Positions 58,353 to 64,000 of a DNA stretch of 64,000 bases are shown piece by piece; positions within the stretch are counted from its first letter, which is position 1, and each line of letters begins with the position of its first letter. Under the pieces are notes generated by a model, which was given only the letters and a program-made list of their open reading frames with translations, made no database searches and was not told where the DNA came from. The position numbers and the translations under genes are program-made. Source of the DNA: Rebecca billardiae RCC1528 (taxonomy: Eukaryota > Protista > Haptophyta); NCBI GenBank assembly GCA_965240325.2, contig OZ251228.1, forward strand, positions 1,116,001-1,180,000, in the 5' to 3' direction.

Positions 58353-60278
58353 GCGTGGCGGCTCTGGCGGATGCAGCTCTCGCCGGTCGGCTGCCACTGC
58401 AGCGGGGCGCGCGCGCTGCTGGGCGTTTTCGGGCGCGAAAAGCGACGTGGCCCGCTGGCCACCTGCGGCGCTTTCACCTGGCCTTGGTCTTCCTCGCTCG
58501 TCACCTTCTGCGTCGCTCGAGCGCGCACGCGCTCATCGTCGTCAATCACCTCCTGTCTATCGCTCGAACCGCTGCTTTCCGTTCCGTTCCGTTTCTACGC
58601 GCGTTCCTTTCCTCACGCCGAGCGTGCCTGGCCCTTCCCGCCACGCGCCACGCGTTCCTCTCCCATTCCTGTGCCATCTTCCTCACTCATCACCTCCTGC
58701 TTCGCTCGAGCGCTCGAACGTGGTCGCGTTCATCGTCAATCGCCTTGTGCCTCTCGCGCGAGCCGTTGCGGCGAATTCGTCACGCGCGCGCATGGTCATG
58801 CGCGCGCGCCGATCATCGCGTGACGATCATCATGCGCGCGCACCGACCAGCGCCGATCATCATGCGCGCGCGCCGTCATGCGCGCGCGCCGAGTATCATG
58901 CGCCGTTTATCATGCGCGCGCTCCGATCCGCCCGCGCGTGCACCGCTCATCGTGCGCGCGCACCGATCGTCATTCGTGCGCCGCACGGCCATCACCATTC
59001 GCGCACCGTGCGCGTCACCTCGCACGCCCCTTTTCGGCGCGCTTTCACGGGCGCTCGTGCGGTCTGCAGGCGCGTGGTTGACGACGTTGTCGGCAAGCCG
59101 ACGTCGATACCTGCGCCTCATGTCGGCTCGGGTGTGTTCCGCGACGGCTCGGGCGCATGCGCTCTCGCCGGCCGGCGGCGGCGGCGGCGGTGCGCGCGTG
59201 CTGCTGGGCGGTTTCGTCGGGCAAGTGGACGGCGTGGCCTGCGGGTCACCTGCAGCGCTTCGCCTGGCCTGTGCCGGCGCGCGACGACGGGCGGGTTACG
59301 CCAGTGGTCCTGTGGTCCGCCGGTCGCTGCGGGCTCTCGGCGACCTCTGGCAGGGGCTGAGCGCTGGGGGGGAGGGGGGGGGGGCACCCAGTCCGCCGCT
59401 CCGCGGCCTCACACCGGCGGCGTGCGGCGTGGTGGTGGGCAGGGCGCTGCGCCTCTGGGGGTCGGGGCCGGGCCTGGCCTCGGCCGCGCCGGCCGACGCC
59501 GGCCACGCCGGCGTGGCGCCTGGCGCTGCGCCTCTTTGGGCGGGCGCTGCCTCGCCGCCCTGCCCCCCCCCGTGGCGACTGGCGGCCCCAGGCAACCCCT
59601 GCATCCGCCTATCGTAAACACCGGATCGCCAGAAGGAGCGCGACGCGCGCGCGGTTATGGGGCGATGGCCGACGCGACGGGAGTGGTGGGTTTGGCAGTC
59701 CGCGGCGGTTATCGCGTTATGACTGCCGCGTCGCTGCTCCGCCGCCGCCCGTGCCCCTCCCCGCTAGGTGGGCGTATACCTGGCCGGACGCGGGCTCGGC
59801 GCTCGCAGCGGCATCGCCGGAGTGACCGCACGGTGACGAGATGTGAGTCGGAAGCAGCTCGCCTTTGCGGCGCGGGTACCAAGCGGAAAGTGAGCGTACC
59901 TGCAGGAGGGCCGACCCTCGGCGTGACAGGCGCACCTTCGGGGCCGGTCAGGGCAGCCCACGTCGTGCAGCCGACCGCTTCCGCCGCGACTGCCCCCCGG
60001 CGCACCCTGCCCCGGCCGACGCCTGAGCACAGCGGCCCCGCCCGGGCCCGGGGCCCCCGGGCGGCAGGCCGCGGCGGCGCCGGCACACTCACGGACAGCC
60101 AGCGGCGCTCCTCCGCCTCCCGCCCGCCCTCCCTGGCGTGGGATCGCCGCGCTGGGGTGGGTGCGGCTTGAGTCAGCGTCCACGGGGGGGGCGATGTGCT
60201 TTGCGGGGCCGGGCCGGGCGCGCGGGAGCGCTTTCTCCCGGCGGCGGCGGGGGCGGGTGCCTCCGCGCGGGTCATGCC

Positions 60279-61388
60279 AAGGGTGTCCAGGGTCCGCAAC
60301 AGCCAGTGCGCAGCGCGGCAGAGGCTGTGACATCGCGAGGTCGCCGCTCGCCAGTGGGACTCGCCCGCCCGCCGCCGTGCACGGCGGCGGAGCCGCTCGC
60401 GCCGTGCGCTCCTGCGGCCGTCGGATCGGGCTGCGTAGGCGGCGCGCGGCTTGGGCCGTCGCTGAGCCACCCAGCGCCCCTCGCTGCGCCGCGCGCCTTC
60501 CTCGTCCTCGCCTCCTCCGCGCCTTGAAGCAGCACGCACACGCGCGGCGCCGCCACAAAAGCAGCGCAGGCGCTCGCGTGCAAGCGCGCGCGCGCAGCGC
60601 GCGACGGACTCGACTCGGTGTTCGAGCCTCTGCGGGGACATGCAGTGCTATCACATGCGCGCGCGACGCCACCTCGAGCCTGCGCGTTTGACCGTCAGTG
60701 CACGCTGATGCACGTTACAAAATGGTCTGACTTGGCATCATCACACGTGCGACGGAAGCTTCCACAACGGGCCTTGAGTACGTCGACGCGATCGATGCGG
60801 GGACGGTCATGCTTGCGTGCGCTTCTCTTGTGGTCTCCACGCTTGCTGAGAAGCGCCGCGTACGTAGCTGTCATCGTGTCTTGCCTAAGAAGTCGTCCTG
60901 ACGCATGGCAGGTTCTGGTCAGATTGGGCCTACTTCAACACGAGGACGTGTGAGCATTTGGCGCGTGACGGTCACAGCGATGCGCAAGTTCGACGTGGCG
61001 TCGCGCGCGCATGTGATGGTGCTGCATGCCCCCGCAGCGGCGCGAGCCCTGAGTCGAGCCCGTCGCGCGCTGCGCGCGCGCGCTTGCACGCGAGCGCCTG
61101 CGCTGCTTTTGTGGCGGCGCCGCGCGTGTGCGTGCTGCTTCAAGGCGCGGAGGAGGCGAGGACGAGGAAGGCGCGCGGCGCAGCGAGGGGCGCTGGGTGG
61201 CTCAGCGACGGCCCAAGCCGCGCGCCGCCTACGCAGCCCGATCCGACGGCCGCAGGAGCGCACGGCGCGAGCGGCTCCGCCGCCGTGCACGGCGGCGGGC
61301 GGGCGAGTCCCACTGGCGAGCGGCGACCTCGCGATGTCACAGCCTCTGCCGCGCTGCGCACTGGCTGTTGCGGACCCTGGACACCCTT
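60279..61388. mobile_element. Foldback DNA transposon, ~400-bp TIRs, TSD GGTCATGCC (9 bp; or 7/5 bp if the TIR extends outward)
   Basis: AAGGGTGTCCAGGGTCCGC...GCGGACCCTGGACACCCTT; GGTCATGCC at 60270-60278 and 61389-61397. Confidence 0.88.
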
Positions 61389-61475
61389 GGTCATGCCATC
61401 AGTAAAAACTCACGCGCGAAAACAAAGCGCGGGAAAATGAAAGCGCGCTTCGCGAGGGCGCGCTGGCCTCAATGG

Positions 61476-62376
61476 GCGCTTGGCGCGCGCTTGGCGCGGC
61501 GCGCTGCGGCCGTCGAGTTGCCGTGCGAAGGCGGCGCGTTGCTTGCGTGGCATTGGAACACGGCCATGCTCCGCACTGCGCCCCGCAGCTCGCTCCTCGT
61601 CGACTTTGCCGCGCCTACGATCAGCGCGCATGCGAGCGTCGCCTCGGAATGAGCAGCCCGCGCCCGCCTCAGCCGCGAGCGCCCGCCTGGCGCGCGATGC
61701 GATCAACTTGGGGCACGAGCTGCGGCTGAGCGAGAAAGCATGTGCCTGCGCGCAAGCCGCGCCGCCTTGATACACCGATCGTGAGCAGGGCATGCACCTT
61801 GCACGCAACTATTCTTCTTGCCCTTGCGAATATCGCGGTGCCCTTGAAAGGACTCCTCATCAGAGCAACTACTCAAGCATGGCATGACGGCAGCCACGCG
61901 CGCAGGCGATGCATAGATGTACACGAGTCGCTGCGCGCACACGCAACCCGAAGACTCCTATTCATCGTGTCAGGGCGCTCACGGTCTGTTGTTTCATCTC
62001 CACTGCATGCAAGGCTCGTGCAGGCTGATCGGCATTCGTCGACAGCCGTCTGAAGCTGCATCAACGCGCACGATCGATGTATCAAGGCGGCGCGGCTTGC
62101 GCACAGGCACATGCTTCCTCGCTCAGCCGCAGCTCGTGCCCCGAGTTGATCGCATCGCGCGCCAGGCGGGCGCTCACGGCTGAGGCGGGCGCGGGCTGCT
62201 CATTCCGAGGCGACGCTCGCATGCGCGCTGATCGTAGGCGCGGCAAAGTCGACGAGGAGCGAGCTGCGGGGCGCAGTGCGGCGTATGGCCGTGTTCCGAT
62301 GCCACGCAAGCACCGCGCCGCCTTCGCACGGCAACTCGACGGCAGCAGCGCGCCGCGCCGCGCGCGCGCCAAGCGC
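61476..62376. mobile_element. Inverted repeat (arms ~61476-61786 / ~62066-62376), probable older foldback element
   Basis: Mirror ORFs 61480-61770(+) and 62082-62456(-); several mismatches; termini and TSD not found. Confidence 0.7.
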
Positions 62377-63593
62377 TGGTGCGCCGCAGTCCGGGTCGGC
62401 GGCCGCCACTGGCACAGCGCCAGTCCGGAGGGGTTTTTCCCCCCAGGGCGGGGCAAAACCCCTCGCGGAGCGTGTGGCAGGATCCCGGGAACGCCCTTGA
62501 AATTTGGTGCGAGAGTCAGCCACGCTGCTCAGTTGTGTGACGGTGAAATCGGATCCTGCCCGCAGTGACAGCGTGAGCCTGCCACTTTTTTTCGCCCCCT
62601 TTATAACGGGCTCCGGGTGACCAGACTGGCGGCCGAAGCCTCCAGCCCTGAACTGTGATTGATAACACTGAACAGCTGTCGCTGTCTTGGCGTAGTAAGG
62701 CGAGGGGTGATCTATGACTGCAGTTTACCACTAGTATTACTAAGAAACGACGCGCGCAGCTAAGGCACGGTCCATCAATCGCTCTGGACAGTTTAGTGTG
62801 ACTGAACGTTTAGTCACTTAGTGGGATCGACGAGTATGAGTGATTGAGTCCATCCTGAGGCCAGAGCGAATCGGAGGGGTGCTGCCGCTCACGCTGTCCA
62901 TTACTGAGTAACTGTATTGTATCCGACTCAGAATGTTGCCATTTCAAGACTCACTGTTGAGCTGAGAGGCTGCTACTGCTACTGTACGGTGTTCAGTCTG
63001 CAGACCTGGAGCCGGTCAGGACTCAATGTAACCCGGAACCCCCGTCGGGACGGCCGGACGGGGTCCGAGCCTGCTGCCGCTCGCCAAGGCATCACGGGAC
63101 ACTTAAATCCCACTGACTACTGAGTCTAAGTAGCTAGGAACACACTGCAGCCGCCTCTGCATCGCTATGCCAGGCGTGCCCACCTTCCTTCGGCCAGCGT
63201 TTGGCGCCGGCGTTTGGACACAGAGTCGACGGCTAGACAGCTATGTGACACTAAGTGGCCGGCAGCGCTCCCGCACGACGGCACGACGCCGACGGCACGC
63301 GGAGTCGCTTTTGAGTGCTTCTGACGGCTGGGCTGGGCTGGGGGGCATACTAGAGGCCAAGAGGGCACTTCAACAGGCGACAGGCTCGACAGACACCTAT
63401 ACTAATACTATACATGGCATTATTGGCATGCCTGCCGAATATCCCCAACCGATAGGCTGAGGGCCTGGCCCTGGGCCCCCTATGGCCGGCACCGCCAGAC
63501 CCATTAGTGGCATGCTGTCGTGTTGGCATTCGGGCTGGCTGGCTGCCACTGCCACTGCGACATACGGTAATAATCGAATAATATATATATATT

Positions 63594-63998
63594 ATGTTGT
63601 ATTAATACCGAATTTCCTCCGTGCATGCTTTTCTTGTCCTCTCCGGGCGCTTTAATCCAACCGCCAGGAGAGGTCGAGTCCCAGGTACTACTCGCTGTCG
63701 TACCTGCCCTCCCTGTCTGAACCGGCACGAGCGCGCTCGGCCCCTAACCCTATTGGGATTGCTTTCGCAGCTGCCCGCAGGCGAACGCAAGCCGCCGGTT
63801 ACGCATGTCCGTTTTCCCCCGGCGCTATTGGTCTAACGACCTATCAGTTTACTGGTGTCGTTTGCTTTTGCACTTGTGTGGGACGACTCCCGCACCGCCC
63901 GCTCGTCCGCACGGACGACGCTGCTGACGACGTCCGCAGGGCCCACTGTGACTCAGCCCCTGCGTGACCGGGGAACTGGTAAGGCGGAATAAACATCA
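63594..63998 (+). mobile_element. Second copy of the dispersed repeat with hammerhead-like motif and AATAAA
   Basis: CTGACGA at 63924, GCAGGG/CCCTGC stem, AATAAA at 63988. Confidence 0.45.
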
Positions 63999-64000
63999 TA

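Larger units (their letters stand above)
55899..60120. repeat. ~460-bp direct repeats (49542-49572 + 55899-56330, and 59659-60120) flanking a 3.3-kb repeat-rich non-coding interior
   Basis: Apparently identical sequence at offset 3790; no TG..CA ends, PBS or TSD recognised. Confidence 0.85.

Overview
Very GC-rich, intron-containing eukaryotic DNA; composition and a plastid-targeted gene suggest an alga, possibly a Pavlovales-type haptophyte (inference only). Bases 1 to ~35,820 are a head-to-tail tandem array with an exact 12,950-bp period (about 2.75 near-identical copies). Each unit carries a truncated Polinton-type pPolB/OTU-like fragment, an intact 3-exon Ser/Thr kinase gene, a Ulp1-like protease remnant, a 3.0-kb foldback transposon with ~860-bp TIRs, a (TA)n-embedded MITE and a decayed 3' part of exportin-6. 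The last unit runs into the intact XPO6 gene. Single-copy genes follow: a WD40-kinase-RING/RBR-like fusion whose near-identical WD40 repeats vary at a few fixed positions, a head-to-head DDI1-like protease/HMCES pair, and a plastid DUF1517 protein. The last 14.5 kb is nested mobile and repeat DNA: a TIR-less 3,163-bp element inserted as a head-to-tail dimer (empty site present in the window), minisatellites, two more foldback elements, and one of two copies of a dispersed repeat ending in a hammerhead-like motif plus AATAAA. All family assignments are from motif recognition by eye; no searches were run.
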